Positions 1 to 12,379 of a stretch of 51,041 nucleotides of DNA are shown here, one piece after another; position 1 is the first letter of the stretch; every line of letters starts with the position of its first letter. Location: contig NC_068985.1 of the NCBI RefSeq assembly GCF_001194135.2, positions 20,803,987 to 20,855,027 of the forward strand, written 5' to 3'. Source of the stretch: Octopus bimaculoides (Eukaryota). The notes under the pieces are model-generated. The model worked only from the letters and a program-made list of their open reading frames with translations, ran no database searches and was not told the origin of the DNA. A program made the position numbers and the translations under genes.

Positions 1-1344
1 TATATATATATATATATATATATATTTATACATATATGTGTATGTGTATATATGTATATAGGTATGTATGTATATATGTTTGTATATGTATGTCTATATA
101 TGTATATATGTTTATATATATATATATGTGTGTGCATATATATATATGTATGTATGTATGTGTGAGTATATATGTATATATTATATATCTTCACACACAC
201 AAATGCACACATGCACACGTATTTCAATTTTCTTTGTAATTAATATTTTTGAATGAAAGTGGATTTGAGTAGGAAAAACCTATTTGAGAGTTATTTCATT
301 GGTTAAGATTAGATATTTCCTATAGATATTCTCAGTTCAATTACAACATTGAACTGTTGTTTGAACTATTGATTAAAGTAACTTCCTCTATTATGTATGA
401 GATTATGTGTAATAACTTAGGTAGAATCACCTGTTCGTGTATTCACTCCCTGAAAGAAACTTCAACCACTCATTTTTATAATAATATTTGAAATCAATTA
501 AATTTCCCTTTATTCATTCATTAGTATCCTAACTCATCCACTCATTTCTTCAATCTAACAGTTATACTCTACTTTACTTAAACTCTCTTTTTCTGTTCAT
601 TCATTTTATCATCTCTTTTTTTTTTATCATTTTCTCTTTTTTCTCCTTCCTTGCCTTCTTTTATCATTCTTTATCTTCTTTTTCCTTCCCTTCACTTCTT
701 TCTCTCACTCATCTTTACGTTTTTTTTTTTTTTTTATCAGTTCATTAATGAAATATACTCCCTTCTACTTAATTCTTTTGTGGCTGCATTTGTAGAAAAG
801 ATAAACTCTTACTTTGTGTTGTGTCACTTTAATTCAAGTTACAAAATAATAAAAATATTATGAGAGATTTATTAAAATAATTTAGTAAATGATGATTTTT
901 AACTTTTGAAATCTTATATTATTTTTCATATAAGGATATTTCAGTTGAGGATTTTAATTTAAATTTCAATACTTTAATACAGATAGTTTCAGGCGGATTG
1001 TTCTTGAATGAACCAACTTGGTCAATAAATAAGTAAAATGATTTAAATGAGGTATGAAATGGTTTTCATAACACATTCTTTTTGTATGGAAACTACCGTA
1101 GTTGAATAAGATATTCATCTTCAGGTGAATGCTAGTGTATAATGAGTTATGCTAGTGTATAATGTGGTAAAGTAGACTACTCTGGGTTAGACAAGATATC
1201 TATTCTAAAGCTGGGATACAATAAAAATACTGACAAATCATAAAACTCTTGAATGAGACTAATTAGCAATATGGGTTCCTATCGCATTTACTTGGAGACA
1301 AAACTTGTAACAACAAATTAATAAAACACTATTTCACTTGGCTT

Positions 1345-1765
1345 CACAGGTGAGAAGACTTGTTAAGCCAAGTGAAGTAGTATTCATGATCGTTACCAGT
1401 GTCATGTAAATGGCACACATGAAATCGTAATCATAGCTGTTGCCTATAGCATGATGTTAGGCCTCATGGAGGTGTAGGATGAGGTGGTGAAGCATGATCT
1501 TTGAATGTTGGGCCTCATGGAGGCAACGACAAGTGACCAAGACCTTTGGTAATATACTGTGCCCATTGCCAGTGTCATGTAAATGGCACCAGTGTCAGTG
1601 GCACATAAAAATGCACCCATTACAGTCCTGGAGTGGTTGGCGTTAGGAAGGGCACCCAGCCAAATCAGACTGGAACCTAGTGCAGCTCTCCAGCTCCCAG
1701 TTCCAGTCAAACCATCTAACCTATGCCAGCATGGAAAGCAGACATTAAATGATGATGATGATGGC
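1345..1765 (+). mobile_element. SINE-like repeat with RTE-type 3' tail
   Basis: Contains gtggttggcgttaggaagggca...ccatctaacctatgccagcatggaaagcagacattaaatgatgatgatg. The same tail recurs at about 3220-3380, 5690-5820, 22211-22275, 22550-22610, 28580-28746 and 33380-33520. Confidence 0.75.
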
Positions 1766-1895
1766 ATTAATTTTTCAGAGCTCCATTGTTTACAATAATG
1801 GATTGAACCTACTAATGTAACATACTTACAGTTAAATAGACTGAGTTAAATATCTTGCTAACACACTGGGTGGTAATATTAAACAGGGCAGTGAG

Positions 1896-2101
1896 TTAAC
1901 CCTTTAGCATTGAAACTGGCCAAATTTGGCCCAGATATTCTATTTCTTTTATGTTCAAATCAGCCAGATCTGGCTTCTTACACTAACCCTACAATGTCAT
2001 TCTAAAAATAAACAACCTCTTCATTGAAATTTTTAAGCTACGGAATAATACATGATTAATTCAAATTATTTGACAGAATAATCTCTATGATAAAGGGTTA
2101 A
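1896..2101. mobile_element. piggyBac-type MITE (198 bp) with TTAA target-site duplication
   Basis: TTAA(1896-1899)-CCCTTTAGCAT...ATGATAAAGGG-TTAA(2098-2101). The terminal inverted repeats match at 10/11; no coding capacity. Confidence 0.8.
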
Positions 2102-2989
2102 GTCTAACATCCAAAAGAGCAAGAACAAATACCACCAAGCATTCAACATTCAAACAACTCAGCCAATCCACAATCCTGGGTTGGCACTTTATCTATTGTC
2201 CCCAGTGGCATAAAAGACAAAGTTGATGTCAGCAGGATTTAAACGCAGAACACAAAGACCATGAATGAATGCTTCAAGGCATTTTATTTTGTGCTGTTAT
2301 GACCCTGCCAATCTGCCACCAGGTAATTTTACAGAAGTCAATAGAAGAAAACTTTCACTTGTACAATGGTGAAATATTTCTCTCTCATTCCTATACAAGT
2401 TAAATTCTTCATTGTGGTAGTGAACTAAAGACTCTATTTTAGGGAATGAAATTGTTATGAAAGGTAGTGATGGTGATGATGTTTAGCACCAGTTCATCTC
2501 TGACTGGAAAGACCTATAATCAAAAGCATTCCATTCATGACCATCTTGACTTTAAGAACTAGATTATTATATGTACCACTCAGTTTCTTAATTTAAATGG
2601 TAGGGTGGGATTTGAAGAAGATTTGTCTGTTATTTCAGTATGACAGATTTGTGTAAAAGAAAGCATATAAGTTATTTTAGATATGTGTAAGATATGCTAG
2701 TGAAAGTCACGATTTCTGTTACTACTACAATTGTTGGTGAAATAAAGAGTGAAGTTTCCACCAAATGTTGTTAAAGGTACCGATATGCTCACTTTCTGAT
2801 CCTTGAAATAACATAGATCATGAAACTGTTATCCCTGATGTTCATTTCATTTTGTTAAATATCTGTTTTCTATAACAGCATGGTTCAAACAAAAGTAAAT
2901 TGAAGTTAGATTATTATGCTTGGATGCACTTTCTATCACCTACCCTTCCTTGGATTCCAAGTATGGAATTTTTTATTTCTGAAGAACTT

Positions 2990-3380
2990 GAAAGCACACC
3001 TTGGTAATACTTGCCTATGAAGAACACTGGTGCTGATGTCACATAAAAAGCACTGGTGATGGTGTCACATAAAAGCATTGGTGATGGTGCCTCGGAAAAG
3101 CACTGGTGACAGTGCCATGTAAAAAGTACTGGTATTGGTGCCACATAAAAAGCATTAGTGATGGTTTCACATAAAAAGCACTGGTGTTGGTGCCATGTAA
3201 AAAGTACCCAGTACACTCAGTAAAGTGGTTGACATTAGGAAAGGCATCTAGCTGTAGAAACAAACCAGTCTGTACCAAGACTGTGTAACCTGGTGTGTAA
3301 CTCCTGGCCTTGCTAGCTCCTGTCAAACTGTCAAAAAAACCATGCCAGCATGGAAAATTAATGTTAAAGGAGGAGGAGGA
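2990..3380 (+). mobile_element. RTE-tailed SINE-like repeat with internal 25-26 bp tandem array
   Basis: Seven units of consensus cactggtgatggtgccacataaaaag at 3025-3204, followed by the shared tail ending ccatgccagcatggaaa. Confidence 0.75.
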
Positions 3381-4123
3381 GAGATTTTCTGATGACTTGT
3401 TGACAGGAAATGTATTTTAGGAAAAAAATATAATTGAAATCCTTCAAAATATTACTGGCAATCTTATTTTCAACATTTTAGTCTTTCCTTTGTAAACTTA
3501 TAGAAAGAAATTTCATCCCAATCATGCTACATTGTTGTGCCTGACTTACACAAGTATATTTCATCATTCTGCTCTATAGACTCTACTTAACATTTGGTTA
3601 TGTAGTGATTAATACATTATCATAACACAGAAAATTATGTTTTGTTTAAAATATTATCATACACATTCATGTATATATATATATATTTGCAATATTTTAC
3701 TCAATAATATCTTTCCTACTGTAATATTCTTAGTCTCTGTCACACTCTTATCATAGATCAATAGCTTGTTTGCTATGCTTAATATGTCCACAGTTAGTTA
3801 CCAAGCCAGTTTATAGTGCCTTTTAACCATTCCATTACTTCAAAGTCCAACTACTCTATTGAACTGCAGCCGCCTATAAACGGCAGATCACATAGTACTT
3901 TAAATTTGATGTACGATCAAAATATCAAACTATTCCTGACAGCATCTTGGTTATTTCAAAGAAAAAGAAAGAAATTGATACATTCGTATGAATAGGCACT
4001 ACATTTTGTCAGTTCCTTTCCTTTTCAATTTTCTTATATTGTGTGAGATATTCCAATATGTTACTGGAAAAGTACTATTTCTGACCTATAGTTATTGTAA
4101 GTTATGCAGCCATGACTATGTCC

Positions 4124-4290
4124 AAGTGCAGACTTGACTGTGTAGCTAAGAAGTTTACTTCCCAACCACATGGTTTCAGATTCAGTTTCACTGCCTTGTA
4201 CTTTGAACAAATGTCTTCTACTCTAGCCCCGAGACAACCAAAACCTTGGGAGTGGATTTGGTACACAGTAACTGAAAGAAACCTTTCATA
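4124..4290 (+). mobile_element. tRNA-derived SINE (decayed)
   Basis: Similar to the copies at 22872 and 43861: cccaaccacatggtttcagattcagt...gtcttctactctagc...accaaaaccttgggagtggatttggta...aactgaaagaa. Confidence 0.7.
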
Positions 4291-4319
4291 CATGTCTCTT
4301 CTATTTTTTAATTATTATA

Positions 4320-4740
4320 AATCTTCCACTGAGGAGGGAGCTGGTTTTCAAACAAAGATACAAGGCTCCATCTTTGGGATGTAGTTAACACAGACAAATT
4401 CACATTTGGAACTTGAGAAAAGTCTTGCATATTTTTACTGTTCCACTTACAGATTCCACTTGTACAAATTAGCCAGTCGATTTCTCTTTCTGAAAATCCC
4501 AGTTTATCCAGATTCTCCTTTAAGCATTTACTAACAAAACCTAGTGCTCCATTTATTATTGATATGAATATGAATTCATAGTCTTGATATAGAAGCTAGA
4601 GGTTTTGAAGCAGCTGACCATGGATATCCTCTTTTTCTTTGATTTTCAAAAAGTTGTTTATATCTGCAGGGCAGCTGACCTCTATGATGGTACGTACCTT
4701 TGCCCCTTTGTCCCAAACAACAATATCCAGCCTGCTATAT
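4320..4740 (-). pseudogene. 3' fragment of a non-LTR retrotransposon with restriction-like (REL) endonuclease
   Basis: Manual minus-strand translation: SRLDIVVWDKGAKVRTIIEVSCPADINNFLKIKEKEDIHGQLLQNL*LLYQDYEFIFISIINGALGFVSKCLKENLDKLGFSEREIDWLI, then after a frameshift VSGTVKICKTFLKFQM*. This fits the RPD-x-E-x-K...GALG layout of R2/R4/NeSL-type REL domains. Confidence 0.85.
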
Positions 4741-4774
4741 TTGCATTTGACAGTATGCATGTATGTATGTATGA

Positions 4775-4812
<38 letters not shown>

Positions 4813-4879
4813 ATGTTTGTATCATGTCTATCTGTCTCTTCTGTATTTAATCATTTAAATTTTTCATCTGAAATAGGAG

Positions 4880-5043
4880 CTAGTTTCTAACAAAGATGTC
4901 AAACTCCATTGTTGGATTGTAGATAACAAAAACAATGTCACATTTTAAACCTGAGAAAAGTCTCGCATAGTTTTACTGTTTCGCTTATCAAATGTATTTG
5001 TAATGTGTGAACGAGATGGTTGATTTCTTTTTCTGAAGATTCA
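4880..5043 (-). pseudogene. second, diverged 3' end of the same REL-type LINE family
   Basis: Translates as ESSEKEINHLVHTLQIHLISETVKLCETFLRFKM*, which aligns to the C-terminus of the 4320-4740 copy. Confidence 0.7.
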
Positions 5044-5101
5044 AGGCATGTGTGTCTGTGTGTGTGTTTGTGTGTGTGTATGCATGCATGTGTTTGTGTG
5101 T

Positions 5102-5155
<54 letters not shown>

Positions 5156-5470
5156 CCGACTGGGAGAACAATGCTTGTCATCGCCACAGATGGAGGAAGG
5201 AGGTTAAGGTGGTGGGGGTGGGGTCAACACCTATGGAAAAGAATGTGTTCTTCATGAAGAACTTAAGCGTGCTTCTCAAAATTGCACTGCTAACATAGTG
5301 AATGGGGAAAGCTTGGTTTGCAATGTTTGCAGTCATGTATGCTTATCAAGAGCAGGGTTCTTTAGCCACTAACAGAGCCACAAATGCATAATATAAGCTA
5401 GTCCTAGAGCGCACAATGTTCCTAAAAGTCAGCAATGGTCTTCCTTGGTCACGAGTGGACGGCCATCATG

Positions 5471-5523
<53 letters not shown>

Positions 5524-6541
5524 ATGTGTATGTGTCTCCTTGATTTCATATTGTGTGACAGCTGTAAACAAGCACCACCATGAAACAGACAGTGCCCTTC
5601 ATTTCCAATCTTCTATGAAAGCATATCTGGCCTTAGGGAAATATTATCTTGTTTCAAAACAGACAAAGGTTGATGACAGAAAGGGTATCCAGCCATAGAA
5701 AGTCTGCCTTAATGAACTCCATCTGACCCATGCAAACATGGAAAAGTGAACATTGAAACAATGGTAACAGCAATGGTGGTGATGATGATCGTGGTAATAA
5801 TGATGATGATGATGATCATCATCATCATCTTGATATGAAGTATCTGGATAAATAATTTTGGGTTCTAAAAAAATGACAAAATTGTGAAAATGTTTTCAGA
5901 AATATCATATTGTCCCTTTATGGTACAAGTTCAAATTCTGCTGTAGTCGACTTTGCCTATCTTCTGTTATTCTTCCACATTGATAAAAGGAATACCAGTA
6001 ATATACTGCTGTCTTATTTAATTTGCTGTTCCCTGAAATGATTTTAAGATATGTGACAATGTGAGAAATTACTATTAAAAGTACATCTTAGAAATTTAAT
6101 ATTCAACCAAAAGTATGAATATATCTAGTAGCATAAGGAAAGTTTATAAATATTTCTATCATCGTCATAATCATCATCATTGTCATCATCATCTTCATCA
6201 TTATTGCTATCATCATCATCATCATCATCATCATCTTCATCATCATCAATACCTTGTTGGAATCATCATGCTTCTATTTCTGTTTTAGTTCAGACTGAAC
6301 ACAGAGTTGTAATAGAATATTTTTCTATGCATATTAATCCTGTGCCATCTCACCTGAGAGGTCTAATACTGCCAGGTCTTGCATAATTACTTTTCAAGTA
6401 GGTAATTGAGAGAAAAGTTCTACAAAATCTGGCACCAAAACACCTACCTGTTTTTTGTAGTTTGAATTTAACTCTCTTTTCCTCTGTTGTATTTGTATTA
6501 TCCTATCCTAAACCAAATAAAAAGTGATTAATTTATTTGAT

Positions 6542-7200
6542 CAGAAGCCTTTGACAGGGTCCCCCGATCCCTTATCTGGTGGTCAATGCAGAAACTGGGG
6601 ATAGACAAGTGGCTGGTAAGAGCTGTACAAGCCATGTACAAGGATGCTGTCAATAAGGTGAGGGTTGGTAACAAATATAGTGAAGAATTCTGAGCAGAAG
6701 TAGGGGTTTGCCAAGGATCAGTCCTCAGCCCCCTCTTATTCATTATAGTCCTCCAGGCAATAACAGAGGAATTCAAGACAGGCTACCCCTGGGAGCTCCT
6801 CTATGCTGATGACCTTGCTCTAAAAGCTAAGTCACAGCCAGAACTGGAGAGGAAGTTTAGGGTGTGGAAGCAAGGTCTAGAATTGAAGGGCCTTAGGGTT
6901 AACCTAGCAAAAACCAAAGTCTTAGTAAGTAGGAAGGCTGTCAAATCACAACCCCCATCAGGTAGATAACCCTGCTCAATTTGTAGAAAAGGCATTGATA
7001 GAAACTCCATACGATGTACCCGGTGTAAGCTATGGACATATAAAAAGTGCAGTAATATCAAAGGAAGGTTAACCGGAAAAATAGTTTTTGTGTGTGGCAG
7101 ATGTACTGGGGAAATAAACACTGAAGATGTACAGAAAATGGATTCCATTACATGCCAGGGGGAGAAACTAGGAGTAGTTAATAGCTTCCACTACCTAGAC
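6542..7200 (+). pseudogene. RTE-clade LINE reverse transcriptase fragment
   Basis: EAFDRVPRSLIWWSMQKLG...GVCQGSVLSPLLFIIVL...WELLYADDLAL...GLRVNLAKTKV (YADD catalytic motif), followed by Cys-rich CSIC/CTRC/CGRC; in-frame stops present. Confidence 0.92.
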
Positions 7201-7945
7201 TGGAGTGTCATTGCCGAGTCTGATGTCCCAGAGATGATCGGCAAACTAGTCAGCTAAGTACCAGCCTGTTTGACCAATGTACAAGGAATAACAGAGAGAA
7301 CAGGAGATACAAAAGTTTACTTTGCTAGAGGTGCAGGTGAATGAATTGGTGATGTAGTAGGAATGGTGGTGGATGCTGGTGAGGATAGTAGTCTTGAAGA
7401 GGTAAGGGGCAGGTGCAGCAATGTGAGCAAGAGCAAAGGTAGGATCCAGGGTGTGTGCCAGGAGTGAGGGAAAAAAACTACAAACCAGAAGGTCACATAG
7501 GCCATGAGCACTTTTGAAGAAGGTGAAGGGTGGGTTGAGGAAGATTTGGGATGTGGAGGGGTCAGACTGGAGTTGGCAGAAAACCCAAAGAATAATGTGT
7601 TTGAGGGGTAAGGTGAAGAGGTGATAGTTGAGGAGGAAAGAGAGTTGGGTAAGAACGGGGTGGATGCAGGGAAAGAGAGACCACATGCATGGTCAACAGA
7701 TCTTGCTCGGGGGAGGGCAATGGTGGGAGAGGGTTGTATCCCCATTGGGTGAAGTGGTGAATCTTGAGTTTGGATTGTACTTCAAAGACATGATCGTCAC
7801 TACAGAACCGTCAGACAGAGAAACTGAAAGTAAGGGTGGACAGGTTGGGGTATGTAGAGTTGGAGGAGGAGAAGTTGAGCTAGCAGTGTGAGTCTGTGGG
7901 TTTATAGTGGATGGTGGTGTTAAAGGAGGAGTGGTAAATGGTGAC
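7201..7945 (-). pseudogene. Penelope-like element fragment (GIY-YIG endonuclease end)
   Basis: ORF 7246-7686 ends ITNSFTCTSSKVNFCISCSLCYSLYIGQTG, the FTC...C..C...YIGQT pattern of Penelope-like endonucleases; degraded. Confidence 0.75.
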
Positions 7946-7952
7946 AAAAATG

Positions 7953-7983
<31 letters not shown>

Positions 7984-8689
7984 NNNNNNNNNNNNNNNNN
8001 NNNNNNNNNNNNNNNNNNNNNNNNNNNNNNNNNNNNNNNNNNNNNNNNNNNNNNNNNNNNNNNNNNNNNNNNNNNNNNNNNNNNNNNNNNNNNNNNNNNN
8101 NNNNNNNNNNNNNNNNNNNNNNNNNNNNNNNNNNNNNNNNNNNNNNNNNNNNNNNNNNNNNNNNNNNNNNNNNNNNNNNNNNNNNNNNNNNNNNNNNNNN
8201 NNNNNNNNNNNNNNNNNNNNNNNNNNNNNNNNNNNNNNNNNNNNNNNNNNNNNNNNNNNNNNNNNNNNNNNNNNNNNNNNNNNNNNNNNNNNNNNNNNNN
8301 NNTATATATATATATATATATATATATGATTATTATGATCACACACACACACAAATAGCAATGAAAGAACTTTAACAAAACAAAAGAAAAAAACTTACTG
8401 TTTAACCAAGTTAAACAAACAATTGATTAGTTAGTTGGATATTTAACCAATTGATTTATGATAAAGAAGTAGAATTGAACCAGTGCATATGTTAATAATA
8501 TTGGCATAATGACTCTCCCTAGACACAGCAAAATTTACATAAAGAATCTTGCAAAAACAAAGTATATGTATACATACATACATACAACATACAAACATAC
8601 ATACATATACTTAGATATTAAAGTCGGTTTTGGCCTGAATTTCATACATACATACTTACACATATACATACATATATATATATGTGTTG

Positions 8690-8950
8690 TATATGAGGAT
8701 TTTGGATATTCTTTCACCACTCATTCTGATGACATGTCCACCCCAGTGCAATTGTGACTGCATAAGGAAGCTCTTGATTCCACCAATAACCCTAACCCTT
8801 ACACTTGCTAAACAGGTCAGCATTAGAAACTCTGTGGGCTTCTTTGCAAATCTTTGGCAGGACTTAAATGTCACATTCGACATAAGTATTACGACTGACA
8901 AAGAAAGAGTAGGTTGTCAGATCCTCATACATTGAAACTAATAGGAGAGT

Positions 8951-8955
<5 letters not shown>
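8690..8955 (-). pseudogene. RTE/BovB-like LINE 3' coding fragment
   Basis: IKSFLMQSQLHWGGHVIRMSGERISKIL resembles the LRWAGHVxRMxxxRxPK motif of RTE C-termini. Confidence 0.65.
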
Positions 8956-8982
<27 letters not shown>

Positions 8983-10768
8983 NNNNNNNNNNNNNNNNNN
9001 NNNNNNNNNNNNNNNNNNNNNNNNNNNNNNNNNNNNNNNNNNNNNNNNNNNNNNNNNNNNNNNNNNNNNNNNNNNNNNNNNNNNNNNNNNNNNNNNNNNN
9101 NNNNNNNNNNNNNNNNNNNNNNNNNNNNNNNNNNNNNNNNNNNNNNNNNNNNNNNNNNNNNNNNNNNNNNNNNNNNNNNNNNNNNNNNNNNNNNNNNNNN
9201 NNNNNNNNNNNNNNNNNNNNNNNNNNNNNNNNNNNNNNNNNNNNNNNNNNNNNNNNNNNNNNNNNNNNNNNNNNNNNNNNNNNNNNNNNNNNNNNNNNNN
9301 NNNNNNNNNNNNNNNNNNNNTATATATATATATATGGGATGAAAACTGCATAGCAGAAAATATTTTTCACTTTGGAAGCTGATAACAGCATAAACCAGTT
9401 AGTAAAATGTGATTTCCATTTTTCTGCAAAATGTTTTGGGTAAATCACTAATTCAATAAAACTTTTGTCTTTTTTTTTTTGTACTGGTGTATGTGTAAAA
9501 CTTACCTGATGAAGACTTATACTAATATTTTTACAATAAAATTTTTATGTGAAATCATTTTTTTATGTGAAAAAGTAATTTTGAATCTTTATTTTCATTT
9601 TATATATAATACAAATATTTTTCTTTTATGCCAAAACATAAAGCTTGTTTTATTCAAATATATAAATAGAAATTTAGTGCATTTACAACTCTTTTGTCTT
9701 ATTTTATATATATATATATATATGTGTATAAAATAAAAATAATACAAATGAGTATTGAATCGTAGGGTGCATATATTTCTACATTTTTTCATGTCATCAA
9801 TTATGAGCATTAAATTTTTCATTCACATAAGAACAAATTAATTCTTATATGCGAACAGCATACAGTACATTTGCTGATGTGCATGAAGCTTGGTCAAGCT
9901 CGAATTAAATCGATGAAGTCACATAGAGTAGTGTTGAATAAAATATTTTTGTGCTTAAGTCATATTTAACAAGCTTGAGTACATTTGGATGTGGAAAGAC
10001 ATTCCACTGTGGAAATAATCCCAGAAAAATATTCTCCACCTAGACAACATTTCAGAGAATCTATTTCCATTGTTCTTATAGTGTATATTACTTCAGTACA
10101 TCAATGACATATGAAACTTTCTGTGTCTAGTAGCTGCCTGTTATTCCCCTATTCTTCTTATGTGTTCATAGCTTATATTGGTTACAACATATGGAATATA
10201 TATCTATTCCATTTTCTGCTATTGAGTGAGGTCATTTCCTTGAAGATATCAGGGCCCTGTCTTCTTTCCTACTAAATAAAACCTTAATGTTTGGACAGCC
10301 AGTCTTCAATTTATTTGTGATGGCACTTAGGGGTCTGATGAATAGGGAAACACTGAATACTCACACTTGATGGACTCCTACTTTCAGGCAAAATTCATCA
10401 CTGAAATTTTTGTTGACTCTCACTTTACTTACTGTATCTATACTATAAAAGGCAGATTTTCTCTGTGTGTGTGTGTGTGTATGTTTAAAATTCATACATT
10501 TATACAATTCCAAATTTCTTCGATTAAACAATCGCAATTAATATTCTAAATACAATTTGTTAGGTCACTGCGTCTTTTTTTCACTCCAAAAATTTCCTAA
10601 TAATGAATAAAATCCGTAAAACTACAGAAGTAAACATTTTCTCCCTAATAAAATCTAATTTCCTCTTTCTAATACAAATCCTTTCAACTCCTACTTTCTC
10701 TTATGAACCTTTACAAACAATCCAACAACAAATACAAAAAGAAAGGAAGGAGAAAAAGAAAACTATTT

Positions 10769-12265
10769 CAGTATCAAATCACATTTCGATACTGTAATGA
10801 CAGATACTANNNNNNNNNNNNNNNNNNNNNNNNNNNNNNNNNNNNNNNNNNNNNNNNNNNNNNNNNNNNNNNNNNNNNNNNNNNNNNNNNNNNNNNNNNN
10901 NNNNNNNNNNNNNNNNNNNNNNNNNNNNNNNNNNNNNNNNNNNNNNNNNNNNNNNNNNNNNNNNNNNNNNNNNNNNNNNNNNNNNNNNNNNNNNNNNNNN
11001 NNNNNNNNNNNNNNNNNNNNNNNNNNNNNNNNNNNNNNNNNNNNNNNNNNNNNNNNNNNNNNNNNNNNNNNNNNNNNNNNNNNNNNNNNNNNNNNNNNNN
11101 NNNNNNNNNNNNNNNNNNNNNNNNNNNNNNNNNNNNNNNNNNNNNNNNNNNNNNNNNNNNNNNNNNNNNNNNNNNNNNNNNNNNNNNNNNNNNNNNNNNN
11201 NNNNNNNNNNNNNNNNNNNNNNNNNNNNNNNNNNNNNNNNNNNNNNNNNNNNNNNNNNNNNNNNNNNNNNNNNNNNNNNNNNNNNNNNNNNNNNNNNNNN
11301 NNNNNNNNNNNNNNNNNNNNNNNNNNNNNNNNNNNNNNNNNNNNNNNNNNNNNNNNNNNNNNNNNNNNNNNNNNNNNNNNNNNNNNNNNNNNNNNNNNNN
11401 NNNNNNNNNNNNNNNNNNNNNNNNNNNNNNNNNNNNNNNNNNNNNNNNNNNNNNNNNNNNNNNNNNNNNNNNNNNNNNNNNNNNNNNNNNNNNNNNNNNN
11501 NNNNNNNNNNNNNNNNNNNNNNNNNNNNNNNNNNNNNNNNNNNNNNNNNNNNNNNNNNNNNNNNNNNNNNNNNNNNNNNNNNNNNNNNNNNNNNNNNNNN
11601 NNNNTAACCCTAAAACCGTAACCCTGACCCAAAAACCGTAACCCTAACACCCTAGTGAAAATCGTGCGGGTGTTAATCTGAAAAATCACCGAAATGTGAA
11701 AACTACCGACCCTCCCATCTGTTATAACTTTTGTTGTTCTGTTTAATATGTACATAGACTATGCCTCCAAACAAGAGATCTTGTTGGGGAAAGAAAGCAA
11801 CTGGTTTAAAAAGACAGCAACAGACTGCAGCAATTCACCACATTCCAGAAGCTACTTTGAACATAATGCAAAACGGTGCATCATCATCTACTGCCCAATC
11901 TGATAGAATTCTGGCAGAACTGTGTAGCAGCAGATCGCCAGCAATTGCTTCATCAGAAATTGCCATCCTACCTCCTGCAAAAAGGAATTACCCTGCTATG
12001 TATAATCAAGGCAACGCAAAAAGTTGTTTTGCACAAGCATTTGTATAGCCAATTAGACGGATGAAATTTACGTACACTTAATAATGTTACACAAAACAGC
12101 CTTCAAACTTTCCCTATTAATTTCGTCTTTTGGATTATGAACATATTTACATCATAAGGGTTTTTTCATTGTAAGGCTTTCTTTTTTAGTTGATTTTCAT
12201 CTAGCAAGACTTATCGTAGATGGCGTAATAAGTCACACCCGGACAACGTCGGGTTATACTGCTAG
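10769..12265 (+). mobile_element. Helitron-like element (3' end clear, 5' end undefined, partly in gap)
   Basis: Terminal hairpin accc(g)gac-aac-gtcgggt at 12237-12254, then CTAG|T at 12262-12266, the canonical Helitron 3' terminus. TAACCC-like repeats at 11605-11654. Short ORF 11761-12048 (MPPNKRSCWGK...) with no Rep/Hel motifs. Confidence 0.65.
11605..11654 (+). repeat. degenerate TAACCC (telomere-like) repeat at gap edge
   Basis: taaccctaaaaccgtaaccctgacccaaaaaccgtaaccctaacacccta directly after a 795-N gap. Confidence 0.8.
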
Positions 12266-12379
12266 TCTTTGAATAAAGCTTGTACAGTTTACACAATCCA
12301 TTCATCTACACCTTGTTTCCTTAGTAACTACCAAATTACTGAACATGTTACACTATCAAAGAATGTCAGGAATAATGGT

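Noticed and set aside
36-256. ORFs rich in YIYIY/CVCVC/THTHT here and throughout the window
   Set aside because: They are translations of (AT)n, (GT)n and (AC)n microsatellites.
735-863. Poly-T plus CAG acceptor and ORF 651-863
   Set aside because: Low-complexity T-rich sequence with no donor and no protein-like composition.
3025-3204. CRISPR-like array
   Set aside because: The units are head-to-tail with no unique spacers, the context is a eukaryotic SINE and there are no cas genes.
10703-11755. Long ORFs with X runs (also near 7.9, 9, 15.3, 18.7, 20.2, 21.6 and 29.4 kb)
   Set aside because: They are open only because N gaps contain no stop codons.
11761-12048. 95-aa ORF as a host gene
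   Set aside because: It lies inside the Helitron-like element, with no domain and no splice context.
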